64,000 nt of DNA from the NCBI GenBank assembly GCA_052426225.1, contig JBNJNM010000015.1, forward strand, positions 434,001 through 498,000, in the 5' to 3' direction. The notes beneath the pieces are model-generated. The model was given only the letters and a program-made list of their open reading frames with translations, was not told the DNA's origin and made no database searches. Numbering within the stretch: the stretch's first letter is position 1; each line of letters begins with the position of its first letter. Positions 25,269-38,140 of this stretch are shown here, one piece after another. The DNA is from Zancudomyces culisetae HAW-14-8. Taxonomy: Eukaryota; Fungi; Kickxellomycota. The position numbers and the translations under genes are program-made.

Positions 25269-26893
25269 TTCGTTATGCTGCTACTTTTCTCTGTTTTTTT
25301 GCTCTGATTTCCACCTTTTTTTTTGTTAACACAATTTATGTTTGTTTGGTTCTTTATTTATTTATTTACTTTTTTTTTGCTTATCTACGTAATTTCTTCA
25401 GATTAATGTAAATATATTTGTGTTTTGCTACTTTGATTTCGTATATTTATTTGACTCCCCCCTTTAGTATTTTCATAAACTACAAGCCTCTTCTTATATT
25501 AACAAAGTATGTTTGTTGAAATTTCAATTAAATTGTTCTCCCTTTTAAATAGTTATCGTGCATTGTTCAATAGGCTGAGTTTTCATTAGCAATTTAATTT
25601 TTTTTAATTGCCAATTAGCGCAACATCGACTGGGAATCGGTTTTTAAGCAGTCAGAATATGAAAAATGTACTGGAATGTAACTGCCAGATTATGTAATTT
25701 TCCAAACATCAACAAATAATAAAAGCACTTTTGTGAGTTATAGAGTGAACATTTTACTTGATACAAACTAAACAACGAAATGTTCCATACTCTGTATTGA
25801 ATATCACATCTTTGCTTCCTTCTCTTCTCAGCTACTGTCTACATTTAATAAAGATAAAGGGACTTGTTAAACTTCACTTAATATCTTATTTCAAATACAC
25901 ATCTAATGGTTTGTATAAATCGACATTTTTCAAAAAAAATAAAGAAAAGGCTGAGAATAGACAGCTGGATTCACCATCAAACCAAGGAATATTCTATCGA
26001 CACTATTTACCAATGCTAGAACCCATTTGATCTATAATTCATCCAACTTGGGGGATTATAGAGGTTTGTTAACTTGTTACCTTTGGGTTTTGTACCAGAG
26101 CTGTCATTGGCTACCATAAATCTTTTAGGACTAATTAAATTTGATGGCTTCAATAAACCACTGTTTTAAATATGAACATTTGCAACAGTAAGAAAAATGC
26201 AGTCATCTTTTTTCCCCCTCCGCTTTTCCTTTCACTGAAAACCTATTGATGCTTGTACACAGAACACCAGCTTCACAAATAAACATTTAATAATTAAACC
26301 AACTATCATCATCATCCATCATCCATCATCCATACTCTATATATTTTTTTTAACAAACTTTAATGATCACCAAGCAACACCTAAAAACTGCTATACAGTT
26401 CAAAAAGCATATATATATGGAGGTTTTATACCCCCAATTGGCACTCGTTTAACATTTATTTTGAACCTATAACCCCAAGCAACCATATTACACAAATTCC
26501 AATCTTTGACGGTCCTTAAAATTGGCGTTAAATCTTCAATCGTTTTATACGTAGCACTAGCTACTTTTTACAAGCACTAAGTTGGATTTATTTATCTGTG
26601 AGCTAGAATACTGAAAAAAAAAAGGCCAACTTCTCTTCTTAGTTTGGAAATGGATATTTACAGTTATAACTTTTCAAAAAGATATAAACTTTAAGAACTG
26701 TATACCTAGTAACAAAAAACTTTCTAGTTATATTAAATTTACTAGTTATTAAAATAAACTCAACAAAATCACATAGTGACTGTCAAATGCTGTGTCTTCA
26801 AATAAAAAACAGCGCCAAAACTGCCAAATTAAATACTAAATTTTGTCATATTTATTGTTAATATATATATACAAAAATGTAAACAAAAATATA

Positions 26894-26966
26894 GGTCCTG
26901 TGGCCCAATGGATAAGGCGCTTGACTACGAATCAAGAGATTCCAGGTTCGAGTCCTGGCTGGATCA
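26894..26966 (+). tRNA. tRNA-Arg (ACG)
   Basis: 73-nt cloverleaf; A box TGGCCCAATGG; anticodon arm CTTGA-CTACGAA-TCAAG; B box GGTTCGAGTCC; T5 terminator just downstream. Confidence 0.96.
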
Positions 26967-28109
26967 CTACTTTTTGCCTGTTTTACCCAGTCCAGCTTAC
27001 TGTAAAGTAGCTGAGTTTGTGCGGGGTTGGTGTGCAAGAGGGGTTTTCGCTTTTTTTGTTTTTTTATTGTTTTGTTTTCACTTTTTGTGAACTGCGGGTG
27101 CCTTACTTTAACATATTTTGTTTAATAAACCGCGCAATCACCAGGATAGTAACTGTACATTACCCCCCCCTCCCCCTTTCATAATCATCTGCCAATATAA
27201 AATATCCTTAGTAGTATTGGAGGTAAAGGGAAGAGGCGAGATGCCAGGTGCATTTTAGCATTAAAGTGTGCAGTGGACGTAAACGAAGAGTGGTTGATAT
27301 TAGAGCCTTTTTACGTAAATGATTATCTGAAGGTATCATGAGTTGTTCCACTAGAACAAGAATTACTCCTTTTTCTCAATATCATTTACCAAAAAAAGTA
27401 AAAAAAACATCAACCCCCCTCCCCACCCCCCCAACAGTTGTAATACTTAGTAATGAATAGTATTATAAAATTACGGAACCAAATGACATTTTACAATGTA
27501 AACACACCTTGGGGTTTACTACTTAATTGTATTGATTATTATATCATCTGATTTTTCCACAAGCTTATAATATCAACATTACATCATTTAATATACCCAC
27601 GCCTCGAAATGAAACCCCCCACCCACCCCCACCCCAAAGGTTTACTATGCTATAGAAAATAAAAGTAAACAACTATATTACATCAGTAGGTTAATTATAC
27701 ACTGCTTTGATCATAAATGTACAGAAAATTATTTTGTGTATCTCTGGTAGGAAGGAGGGGGAGGAGGAGGGGGGTTAGTATTTTTCTAGAAAATGTTGGG
27801 CTAAATGTAGTTATTCTTGAGATTGAATGCACCTGCTTCAATATATAGTGATATCATTTTTTTTATATCAGCGAGTATAAGGCACAGTTTTCACGGTGCT
27901 TGTGACAGATAAAAGTTTTACTAATATCTGATGTCATCATTTATCTGTATTAGTCTTAGTGTCAAAACCGAGGTGTTTCTCATACTCGGATACTTTTTAC
28001 AAAAATTAATATAAATTACCACCCTTCTTCCTTCCCCCCCCTAGTTCACAGATCAATTAATTAAATTGAAAAAAAGATATATTAAGAATTTCAAAAACCT
28101 GTACTAAAA

Positions 28110-28763
28110 ATGGATAACCAGGATAGTATTGCTACAGAAGAATTAGGGCATCCACTATTTGCGCAAAGAATCATCACAATCCAAAGTGTTGAAGGAGTTG
28201 CGCAAGTTTTAACAGCAAATGGTGTGATTGATTACAATTATAAGCTAGTGGGTGATGAGGGGAGTGTATTGGGTTATATAAGAAGCAAAATTGAAAAAAT
28301 TTATCTTAGTGCCAACAGGAGCAGCGACACCTCAATACATTATTATTTTTACGATGCTGCTGGTAATTGGTTGTTTGAAGCGATCAAGGACCTGCTGTAC
28401 ATTGATTTCTCGCTAACTGTTAGATCTGCAAGCCCATATGCAACAATAGGCTACATCGAACCATCGTCTTCCAGATATGGTGTAACAAAACTGCTTCTCC
28501 ACAATCGCACCTGTTTTGCTGAAGCCAGAAAGCCTATGAGTGAAAATCTTACAGGAGTTTTCGATCATTGTGGTAACCTTCTTGCCAAGTTTGTGCGAAA
28601 CGTCGCTAGAAGCCAGCTTCAGGTACGCATTTATGATTTCGTCTCAAATGTTGATCAGGATATATTGTACGACATTCTTGGAACTAACATCTCAGATTTT
28701 AATAAACGTGCCACAATCCTTGCACTGGCTTTCGATTCCTACTGGAATTTTTTTTTAAATTAG
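28110..28763 (+). CDS. Divergent phospholipid scramblase / Tubby C-terminal-like protein (217 aa)
   Basis: Pattern YKLVGDEGSVLGYI..FYDAAGNWLF..TIGYI..VFDHCGNLLAKF..DFNKRATILALAFDSYWNFF resembles the scramblase (Aim25/PLSCR) beta-barrel plus C-terminal helix. Confidence 0.6.
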   Translation: MDNQDSIATEELGHPLFAQRIITIQSVEGVAQVLTANGVIDYNYKLVGDEGSVLGYIRSKIEKIYLSANRSSDTSIHYYFYDAAGNWLFEAIKDLLYIDFSLTVRSASPYATIGYIEPSSSRYGVTKLLLHNRTCFAEARKPMSENLTGVFDHCGNLLAKFVRNVARSQLQVRIYDFVSNVDQDILYDILGTNISDFNKRATILALAFDSYWNFFLN

Positions 28764-29236
28764 CTTTTATTTTTCTACCTCTATGTAAAAAATATCCTGT
28801 ACTTTATTGAGGTGTATATGTGATTTATAAATGTATAAGAATGTAGCATATTTTTTACCATTCTCTCTTTTTTTTTCCACTTCTTGTAAATAAAGATTGT
28901 TTAAGACTGATTATTTTATAGGCAGCACACCAATTTTGATCTGGTTGCTCTGAATATGCTTGTATTCAATAATACAAGTACACCCTCTGCTGCAAACAAG
29001 TTGTACTTTATCAAAGATCCATTTTGCTTTCGCACCTTGAAAGCGCCTATTTTATGAATCGATTTGATCGTATACCTCAATTAAACTCTAACTTTTATCA
29101 CTTTATTCAATAAAATACGTTTTTTATAATTACAGAGTAGATATCTTGTTAGAAACCATTTCTATTAACAAATAACCCAGGGTCAAGAAAAAAAAGAGGA
29201 TGGTCCAACAGAATATTAAAAAAACAGACTTGCAAA

Positions 29237-31055
29237 TCATGAATATTTTGACAAAAGGAATGTGTTTTTGGCGGTAGAAGAATACGGCAACGATACTCGT
29301 TCGGACCGTTTGCTCGAAGAGGATGATGAGGATGCCGCATCAGCTGGTGTGCCGGTTTTTTTCTTACCCACAGTTTTTGTACTTTTGCTTGCTCCAGACT
29401 TTTTGGCAAATTTGTAAAATGATTTTTTTTTATAGAAAGATGAACCCTTACTACTACTCCGCCCATTCTTCTTTTTGCTCGCGCCAACACTTTTGCTCTT
29501 TTCACTGCTTGTTTTCTCTGGGTCATCCATACTTTCACTAGGCGCGAGCACGTCTGTTTCTTGGCGGTTAGCTTTTCGTTTATTGGATTTTCTTTTCTTG
29601 AAATATTCGGGGTTGAATTGATTCAGATATTTATCAGCAGTAGAGTCAGTTCTTATGTCAACAAACCCAAGTAAAGGAGATAAACTTTGTTCTGAATCCA
29701 CTGTATCGGCTCTCTTCTTACACAAATAGGTGGAGTCACCAGAGTTGGTGGTATCAAACCATTCAGCACCACTGTCCCGTTTATTTTCCCTTGTGCTCGA
29801 TAAAGGGGTCGGGTTCTTTTCTGCAATTTTTGAGTTAGGCACGTTAATATGATTGTCTCGATCGCTTTCGCTGGAAGACAAGTCGATAACACGAGGAGGT
29901 GTAGTAGTGGGCCCCCACCTATTAGGTGTACCTGTCTCGGTATTATGCAAGTCATATTCGTCAGGAATATTATTCTCTAAAAATTCAGAATCGCTAGGAT
30001 CAACGTCATTATTTTCTGGAATATAGTCGGGGTCGCTAGAGTGTGAAAGGTTATACAGATCGATGCTAGGGTCACTACTCAAAATCACCTCTACATTTTT
30101 CGATGTACGCACTTTTTGACCCTTTTTTGATACTTTGATGTTTTCGGTAGGAAGTAACGACTTTAAACTAGAGCCGACATGTACTGGTTTTTGTTTTCTA
30201 GACGAGCTCACATTTTTAATTTCTATAGCCAGAAGGTTAATAATGATACCATAAGTACACATGTACAAAAGTCTCTTTTTTTTTTACCGGTGTGTATTTT
30301 GTTTTGAAGCTTTAAATGTTAATATTATAATTAAAATAGTACTACTCACCATTTGTATTTACAGGTTGCACCAATACTTCATTTTTTTGTTCCCCTCTGA
30401 GCTTGATATATTGGTCATCAAAATCACTAGTATCACTATTAAAGTCGTATCTAAAAACTTCGTGGTGGGTCCTTTCACAAGATGCTGCAGTATCTGGAAC
30501 TACATATTTAAAATATTAGATATTTGTTAGAGTCATGCATCTGGAATAAGAATAAATATAAGCACCAATGCAATCTCGCTTACTTGTAGCTAGAATGGAG
30601 CCCCCTTTGTTACAATCATCTGGATCACTGCTATTGATAATACAATCTATTGTGTTGGATTGTAATGAAAGCGCGTCTACCCGCTTTTGAGCACTCTTAA
30701 CTGAGTTTAAATCTTCCTTTCTTGCTATGACTACATTTCTCCCGGGCGAAGTACTGTTTCCAGTGTTTTTTTCTTCGATATGAATATCAGAATCGGGTCT
30801 TATCGGCTCTACAGACGCATAAATAAAATGATAAAGTAATACTAAGGAAGAGAATACAGATGGGTTTTTTTCAAAAGAAATCACACGTTTACCCTGCAAG
30901 ATATTGATTTCCATACACGCATCAATCCTAACTCGTCTGTTATCAGGACTGGTAGTTGGTTTATCAGATGCGTCTTGAGAATTTCCTGTCTTCACAATAA
31001 ACTTTAACCGTCCAAACCGTCTTTGTGAGCTCTCCCTGTCGGAATTTGCTATCAT
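29237..31055 (-). CDS. Hypothetical low-complexity protein with basic C-terminus; 3-4 exons
   Basis: ORFs 30516-31055 and 29237-30268 join in frame through GT-AG introns (GTAAGC ~30583, GTGAGT ~30349) and an internal exon NTAASCERTHHEVFRYDF..; no domain recognised. Confidence 0.55.
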
Positions 31056-32122
31056 AATATCAAAAGTCGTTAGTTTTGTTAGTACATTGCTATAGAGAGT
31101 TCAATGTGATATAGTTTATATATCCTGATAATTTGATATAATTCTTGTGGTGATATGTATAAAATGCTTGTTGTTCCACACATGGAATATAAACAGAAAT
31201 GGTGGTGGTATTATTGATTTGGTATTAATACGGTTTTCCGCAAAATTCCGGCCAGAAAGTTCTTTAGAAGTCAAGAAAAAAATTTAAACATAATGATTTA
31301 TCGAAAGTATTATTAGAAAACAAGAACAAAAAGTTCCCTTTAAGCATTTTACCTCGTGTTAGCTGAGATGGAGTTTTACTATTTAGGCAGCCAATTAGCA
31401 TAGTTTTTTTTTTTATAAGAAAAAGAGATACCAATATGTTTTTAAAAAGGGTTAAGGAGGTAGAAAAGAAGTATAAAAAAAGGGATATATGCCGATAGTT
31501 TGCCACAGTACCTAGAAGAATTATAGTCCACGATCGACTGATCCTTGAAGCTTGATTTCATAGCCTTTGCCGAAAATGTCGTGCTGTATTTGTTGGTGTA
31601 TGTTATTTGATAATAGGTAAGCTTGTCGTGTCTCCACAAACAATAAAAACCGTTTATTTGTCTGTAGTCCTTTACTAGTTGTATGTATTATCACAATATG
31701 TATCCTACTAATTGAAAAGCAAGAAGAGTAATAATAATAAAAATAATATTGAAAAGAGCGCATACAGCTATTGGATGCAATTGTTTGTTCAGGTAGATTT
31801 CAGCGGTTCTACACTTGGTTGGTCAAAATATAAAGCGCAAATTGGCCATTCGCTTCGCCTAAAAGTTTTTAAAAAACTGAAGGTAGGGTAAGAAGATTGA
31901 GAGAGAGGGGAGTTATTTCCCGATCTCATGATATACAAAGTATTGTTATTAATTTTTATTAGTAAAAGATACAAGCATTAGTAAAAATACCTGTAAAGTA
32001 AAACGGATAATCAGTTGATAATAATAGTAATAATAGTAATAATAGTAATAATAAATCTATCAAAGTTGTTCAGAAAGTAGAGCATATCATAATACCAAAA
32101 AAGAAATAAATGTCTGTGTATA

Positions 32123-34388
32123 TTATGATTTTGAAGAATCTTTTGATGATTCTCTTAACAAGTATGAAGTCCACAAATCACTGAATGATTGCTACAAAAT
32201 TATAAATAGAATCAGATATTAGCTTGGTTGATAGCCAAGTAAATGGTAAACTAAAAGCACCATCGCCACATTCATTACATCCAGCCATTTTACAATTTTA
32301 TAAGATATATATGTAAATGATATATTTACCTCCAGATTTGTAGTTGATGGTTTTCCAGCTTTTCTAATCAGTCCAATCTAACAAAAAAAGCAAACTCAAA
32401 AAATCAAAAAATTGAATTCTAGCTCACATAATATTAATATCCACATCAAAATTTCCTTCACCCTTTCTCTCCAAAGAAAGCATAAAAACAAAACTCAAAC
32501 TTACCGTTTGCCGCTGCTGTTCAGTCAAATGTAAAATGTTGGCAATAAGCTGCAAAACTTCGAAACGTTTAGAATCACCATATGGTATCGCAAAAAATCC
32601 AACAATTAACGAAGTAATCAAACGTTTGTCCAACACATTATCGTCGTTTTCGTCCTTCAATCGCTGTAAACTGGTATTCAAATTATCATTGAGCACAACT
32701 ATTTGTTGACGAAGCTGAGCTATCATCAATTGTTGTGAAGATATTTCGCCTTTCAACTTATCTACTGACTGAGCATTCTGGTGCTGTTCATTCTGCTTAT
32801 CGTTGTATTCTTTGAGTCTTTTGGAAAGATCAGCGATCTTGGATTCATACTCGTTTAATTGAGAAATGTTTCTAGCATTCAAATCGGAGATCACATTTTG
32901 TAGTTCAACTATTTCACCAGAGGTCCCTTGCTGCAACGAATCAAGTGCTAGTTGTAGATTGGTAATATTGGTATTTAGAACCGTCCTTTCAGAATCAAAA
33001 TTGTCAATTTTGACCTGAAGGCTTTCGTTTTCATACTTGAGGTTGTTGTATTTATTTTCTAAATAAGAATTCTCCTCAAACATATTTGATAGCTGCTTTT
33101 CCAGGTTCTCACACTGTGTATTTAACGAATCGATTTGGCTTGAAAGTAGTTCAACATTTTTTCTAGCCTTGAGCTCATGCATTTCCACCAACCCCTTATG
33201 TTCCATAGCTTTGCCATCGAGCTCATTCTTAAGTTGCAGTAACTGGGTGTTCAGCGACTTGTTCTCTTGGGTCAAGCGATAAATCTCTCGACTTTGTTCC
33301 TCAACAGTCGACACATTTTCGGTATTCTGGCGCTTAAGTTTGCTCAATTCATCTGTTTCTGCCTTGAGTTTTGCCTTGAGTGCATTCTGCATTAACGAGA
33401 GTTTGTCAAGTAACAGCTTGTAATCATTCTCTAGAGTCCGCTTGTCCTCTGTTACATCCGTAAGCTCTTCAATCTTTTCTTGTACTTGCTTCTCTAAATC
33501 GCTCACTTTGTTTTCGAATGTTTTTGTTTGTTCCATCAACTTGCGAACCTTTTCATAGATCGCAGTTTGCCTTTTTTCAGTTAATTTGTGGGTTGTTGTT
33601 GAAGTTTCCTTTGTTTTTTTCTCTTGCTTATCCAACTTTTCGGTAGAACTAACACTTAATAATACTTCAAGTTTGCTATAAAAGCCGTCAGCAAGGTTCT
33701 GCTGTACATTCGACAATTCATTTACTTGTTTATTTTCGTCTATTAGCATATTGTCTTTGTTGAATTTTGAAGCAGTACTGACATACTCTTTTAATGATTG
33801 CAACAGTTTCTCGGGCTCGAGTTTATCTATGTGGACAAAAGCAGAAACCGAATCTTCCGCTGGTGCTGTTTTCCCCTTCCCCTTCCCCTTTTCTTTACCT
33901 TTTTCTTTCCCCTTTGTTTGTTTTTTTTCAGAAAAGTTGGAAACTTGAGTAGTTTGGTTCAGGGAGGCAAGATCGAATAGCTCAATTACTTTTACAATGA
34001 AACTATCCCAATCGGTCAACAGTTTAATATTCTCGCTAGCATAGGAATCGGTAATTGCGGAAGTTGAAGTAAAAGTCGTGGCATCTATACCGTTCTCCAA
34101 GCTCTGTGACAGTTCCGAGATGGGCTGAGGTATAGGTGAGATCGCTCTGTCCGTAGTATTGATGGTGTTGTTGGATTGGGTCTTTTCATTCTTGTTTTCA
34201 AGCTGTTCCCTTTCCAGAAGCAGGGATTCCTTTTCTGCCAGCCACGCCTTTTCTTTGGACTGGTAGTCCTCCAATGTTACCGAAAGTTTTTCATTTTCAA
34301 CTGCAAGCCTTTTTAAATGTTCACCAGCAAGCTTGAGTTTTTTATTTAGTAAATTGAGATTCTTGTCCTGTGGTGAATTGGTCGCCAT
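32123..34388 (-). CDS. RUD3: GRAB-domain golgin (Rud3/GMAP-210 family); 3 exons
   Basis: Long coiled coil; GRAB motif LDKRLITSLIVGFF..DSKRFEVLQLIANILHL; exons 34388-32505, 32377-32330 (IGLIRK..) and 32191-32123 (QSFSDLWTSYLLRES*, GA1 motif). Confidence 0.85.
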
Positions 34389-34958
34389 TTATAGATTGAA
34401 GTATATATATGGAGAAAATATGAAAGCTTGATGAGTATAACAATATAGTATGTTGTAAGTATATATAGTGAATGGAGGCTGAGATGAGACAGAGACTCGA
34501 GTATATTGGCGCAATAATAGCTTTATTTTTTATGTTCCCTTAGGCGTGAAGATTTAGAAAGCTGAAATTAGGAATTTGAGTTGGGGCGAGGGTAGGAATA
34601 AACTTTTTCGGCAATTATTGGAAGTGTTCATATATTTTGTTTCCAAACAATTACAAACCCGATTGTGATTAGACGAGAACGTTGAAATACAAGGGCTTTT
34701 TTCAATTAAAAATAAATAAATATAAGCGTAAAGTGAATAGCGAAAAACGAAAAACTAAAAACTAAAAGCTAAAAGCTAAAAAATTACGGAGATAAACAGG
34801 GTTTGGGAATAAATAAAAATGAGGTTGGTCGAAAACATGAACAAAGTGGGATACATCAATGGTAAAAAAGGTAGATAGTTGAAAAGATAAACAAAAGAAT
34901 CTGGTATGAATAACAAAAGTAGAGAAATAAAACATAGCAACAATAAAAAGTAGAAAAA

Positions 34959-37067
34959 TTAAAAGCCATAGTCAGGCTCGCCATCGGAAGGGGCATCAAG
35001 GTCAACATAGGAGCGAACAGATCTAGGATCAGACTTGGCAGGGGGTTGGTGGTGGGGGCGCATTTGAGGCCGGAATGTAGAAGCGTTTTGGGCCAGAAGA
35101 TTCATAAACATGGGGTTGTTGAGAGCAGGGTTGAAGGGGCCGTTAGGAGCAAAGGGGTGGGGATATTGCATGGGAACATTTCCAGCAAAGGCAAAGGGAG
35201 GCATGCTGGGGTAGACAGGAGAACCAAAGTTCCAAGCAGGTGGACGAGAGGGTCTGATGTTTCCAGAAGGAGCAAAGGGTACAGAGGATAGAGGCGAGAT
35301 GAGAGAGGAGGATGTAAGGAGCGAACCTGCGCCAATGGGCAGGTAGTTTGGAGCGTCGGCAGCAAAGGCATTGAAAAAGTCAATGTCGGCCTGGAACGAA
35401 GGACCTAGCAGGTCCGAATGTTTATTAAGCATGTGTTTGTTGATAAACTCGTCGCCCTTGAACAGTTTTGTACAGATAGTACAGCGGCGGCGACCTTCGT
35501 GCATCTGGGTGATGTGGGGAGCAAACACTTTGGCCGATTCAGATTCCACAGATTTGCCGCCTTGCTTGTAGATCTCTGCCGGGGTAGGCAGATGAATTAT
35601 GGCTTTGTTGCGGGCGTCGTTGGTCTTGAGCCAGTTGGAAGATGGCGGAGTAGCCGACGAGCAGGGTCGGCGGTAGTGGACAGGCGCACATTTGCGGCTA
35701 AAGTCCTCTCTGTTTTCGTATACGGCTGAGCAATAGTAGCAATAGTAGTGGACTTTGCGCAAATACTCAATCGACAAATCAAGTTCTTTTTTGGCCACCG
35801 CCAGTTCAGCCTCGCTGTCATCTTCTGGTGTCGGTGTTGATGTTGATGTTGGTGTTGATGCTGATTTTGACGCTGCTGCTTTGGCTTTGGTATTGGCTGC
35901 TAGCTCTGAGTCCATTCGAGCACGAATCGCATCGCCCATCTTGAATGTCTCGCTGTCTGTTCGCTCGTCAAATTGCTTAACTGCTTCACGAATAACTTCC
36001 AAGTCGCTTTTTATACGTTCAGGCAAACTGGTCTGCTCAGGCGCCGTTCGTTGCTGTGCTGTCGAGCTCTTTGTGTGTTTGGATAGTGTAAATGTTGTTT
36101 CTCCGACCTTCAACTCGCTTAGTGTCTGCAATACACTATCCATATCTGTACCTTCCACAAACTTGGCCCATCCAAACCGGTGGTAGTTGCGTGTCGCGTT
36201 TGGCTCCGAAAGCGACAGATAGTCGAACCCTTCCACTTTTTTCAACTCGCTTTCAAGTGCTGCCCGTGCCACGGTTGGTGGAATTGTTTTAATAAATAGT
36301 GTATATGTTTCCTGCACCTGCGCGTCCTCATCCATCGCATTTTCTTCCGCTTTGGATTGGTCCAGACAGGTGTTGTCCAGCTCCCCGCGCTCTAGTTGCC
36401 CCAAGAACTCTTCATAGTATCGCTTCTTCAGTCGCTTTACTTCCTGCTGCCTTGTTTTTTGCTCCTCTGGTTTATACCTCTCTACAAACCAATCTTCCTC
36501 CTTGTGCTCATCGAAAAATTGTTGATACATCTTATTAAGTGTTTGACGACGGTACTCCTCGTACTGCCGATGTAGTTCCTCCTGTTCTAGCTTTTTCCCC
36601 CGGTTTTGAAGTCGCTTCCATTCGCAAAAATACTTGAACGGAACCACCAGATCCAGTTTGAACGGATCCATCACTCCTCCCATATCTTGCCCTTGTTGTT
36701 CTCCCATACCTCCCTCTCGCTCACTACTTTGCTCATCCCCTCGTGCAGACCCATATCTTCGGCTCGAATACCCCCTACTGTCTTCACGATATCGCCCTCG
36801 CCCTTTGTACCCCCCTTCTCTCCTGTATCCTCCCCCTCCCCCTCCCCGATAATCGCGTCCTGGAGATCTGCTTCTACTTCTTTCATATCTTCCTCCTTGT
36901 GGTGAACGGCTTCGTCTAATCCTTCCAAACCGGTCTACCTCTCTGCCATTGTATCCATCTGGACTTTCTCTTTCGCGTTGATATTTTTGCCTCCCACTAT
37001 CATAATTTCTTTCCTCATCTGAAATATAGTCGGTGGATCTTCTGATCCCTTCATCTGCGTGGGACAT
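34959..37067 (-). CDS. ARS2/Serrate RNA effector protein (702 aa)
   Basis: RS-rich N-terminus; FFDEHKEEDWFVERY; RRM (TLFIKTIPP..RFGW); YLRKVHYYCYYC; C2H2 CTICTKLFKGDEFINKHMLNKH; C-terminal DPRSVRSYVDLDAP. Confidence 0.92.
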   Translation of the reverse strand: MSHADEGIRRSTDYISDEERNYDSGRQKYQRERESPDGYNGREVDRFGRIRRSRSPQGGRYERSRSRSPGRDYRGGGGGGYRREGGYKGRGRYREDSRGYSSRRYGSARGDEQSSEREGGMGEQQGQDMGGVMDPFKLDLVVPFKYFCEWKRLQNRGKKLEQEELHRQYEEYRRQTLNKMYQQFFDEHKEEDWFVERYKPEEQKTRQQEVKRLKKRYYEEFLGQLERGELDNTCLDQSKAEENAMDEDAQVQETYTLFIKTIPPTVARAALESELKKVEGFDYLSLSEPNATRNYHRFGWAKFVEGTDMDSVLQTLSELKVGETTFTLSKHTKSSTAQQRTAPEQTSLPERIKSDLEVIREAVKQFDERTDSETFKMGDAIRARMDSELAANTKAKAAASKSASTPTSTSTPTPEDDSEAELAVAKKELDLSIEYLRKVHYYCYYCSAVYENREDFSRKCAPVHYRRPCSSATPPSSNWLKTNDARNKAIIHLPTPAEIYKQGGKSVESESAKVFAPHITQMHEGRRRCTICTKLFKGDEFINKHMLNKHSDLLGPSFQADIDFFNAFAADAPNYLPIGAGSLLTSSSLISPLSSVPFAPSGNIRPSRPPAWNFGSPVYPSMPPFAFAGNVPMQYPHPFAPNGPFNPALNNPMFMNLLAQNASTFRPQMRPHHQPPAKSDPRSVRSYVDLDAPSDGEPDYGF

Positions 37068-38140
37068 CCTTTTCTTTCAGTACCCTTTATTGGCTATTAT
37101 GTATACTTTTTTTTTGATAGTCAATGTACTTGTACATCAACAGCTGTTTTCTAATCCTGTTCGCGTTTCATGCAGATTCCCAAAATTTTCGTTCCTCACT
37201 ATCTTTTTATGTATATTACAATTTTATTATTTCTTGGTATCTTTTTTTAACCTTTTCCCACATTGCTTTGTAAAAATACACGTTACCTGTGGTATCTATT
37301 CTCTCAATCTTTTGAATTTTGCTATAATCTATTTTATTTACATTAAATTAAATACAATACAAGTGAGTTGTGATTTAATTATTTCCTGTTGTAGCGCATT
37401 TTTTTTTCTTTTGTTTTGCGAAACTTGGCTTATTAATGCATAAATATGACACCAATTAAGTAATTTATAATCCGCTTTTCCGCCCATTTGTCCTTACAAT
37501 TTCTTCCAGCTTTGCAAATTATTTTGATTTCCCTATACTCGAAATTTAATTTGCGTTAATTAAACTTGTCTCCATATCTCTTGTCTCAGAATTTTCTTTG
37601 CGCTATTCGTTAAATCTCCAAAGATAACTATGGTCTTATACACTAACATTAACAGTTATTTGAGCTAACGCGTAAGTAAAAATAAAATTAGGGTTTTGAA
37701 AAATAAAATAATGTTTATATAGCTAAGAAACAAGAAATTTCAAATTGATAATCATCTTTGACTGAAAAGTCACAAATAACTACTTGGTGACAGATATAAA
37801 GAAGAGTTACACGTAAACACTCTCAAAACATTTTTTGAACGACATTGCTTTCAAATAGATGCCAGAAATACTACGCAGTAGATATATAGACATAGGCTTT
37901 GTAATAAATAAATTTACTCAACAACAAGCACTGAAATCTTGAATGTAAAAGTGGGTTATGACCAAAAAAACATAATAATAATTATAAAACGAGAGCTACG
38001 CGTTTCTAATATACCTAAAAGTTGCCAAAACTACACTTTTTAGAGTTCAAAACACTTTCACTTATATATCCAGATGCAAAAAACGTAAATCAATACTAAC
38101 AAAAGCTATAATTATGTAAAAACAATTGAAAAACTGTTTA

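Noticed and set aside
26800-26893. Solo LTR or TE remnant upstream of tRNA-Arg (also checked at tRNA-Ser)
   Set aside because: No similarity to the LTR ends and no TG..CA/TSD signature seen; these sites appear empty
26908-27090. 60-aa ORF MDKALDYESRDSRFESW
   Set aside because: It is a translation of the tRNA-Arg gene
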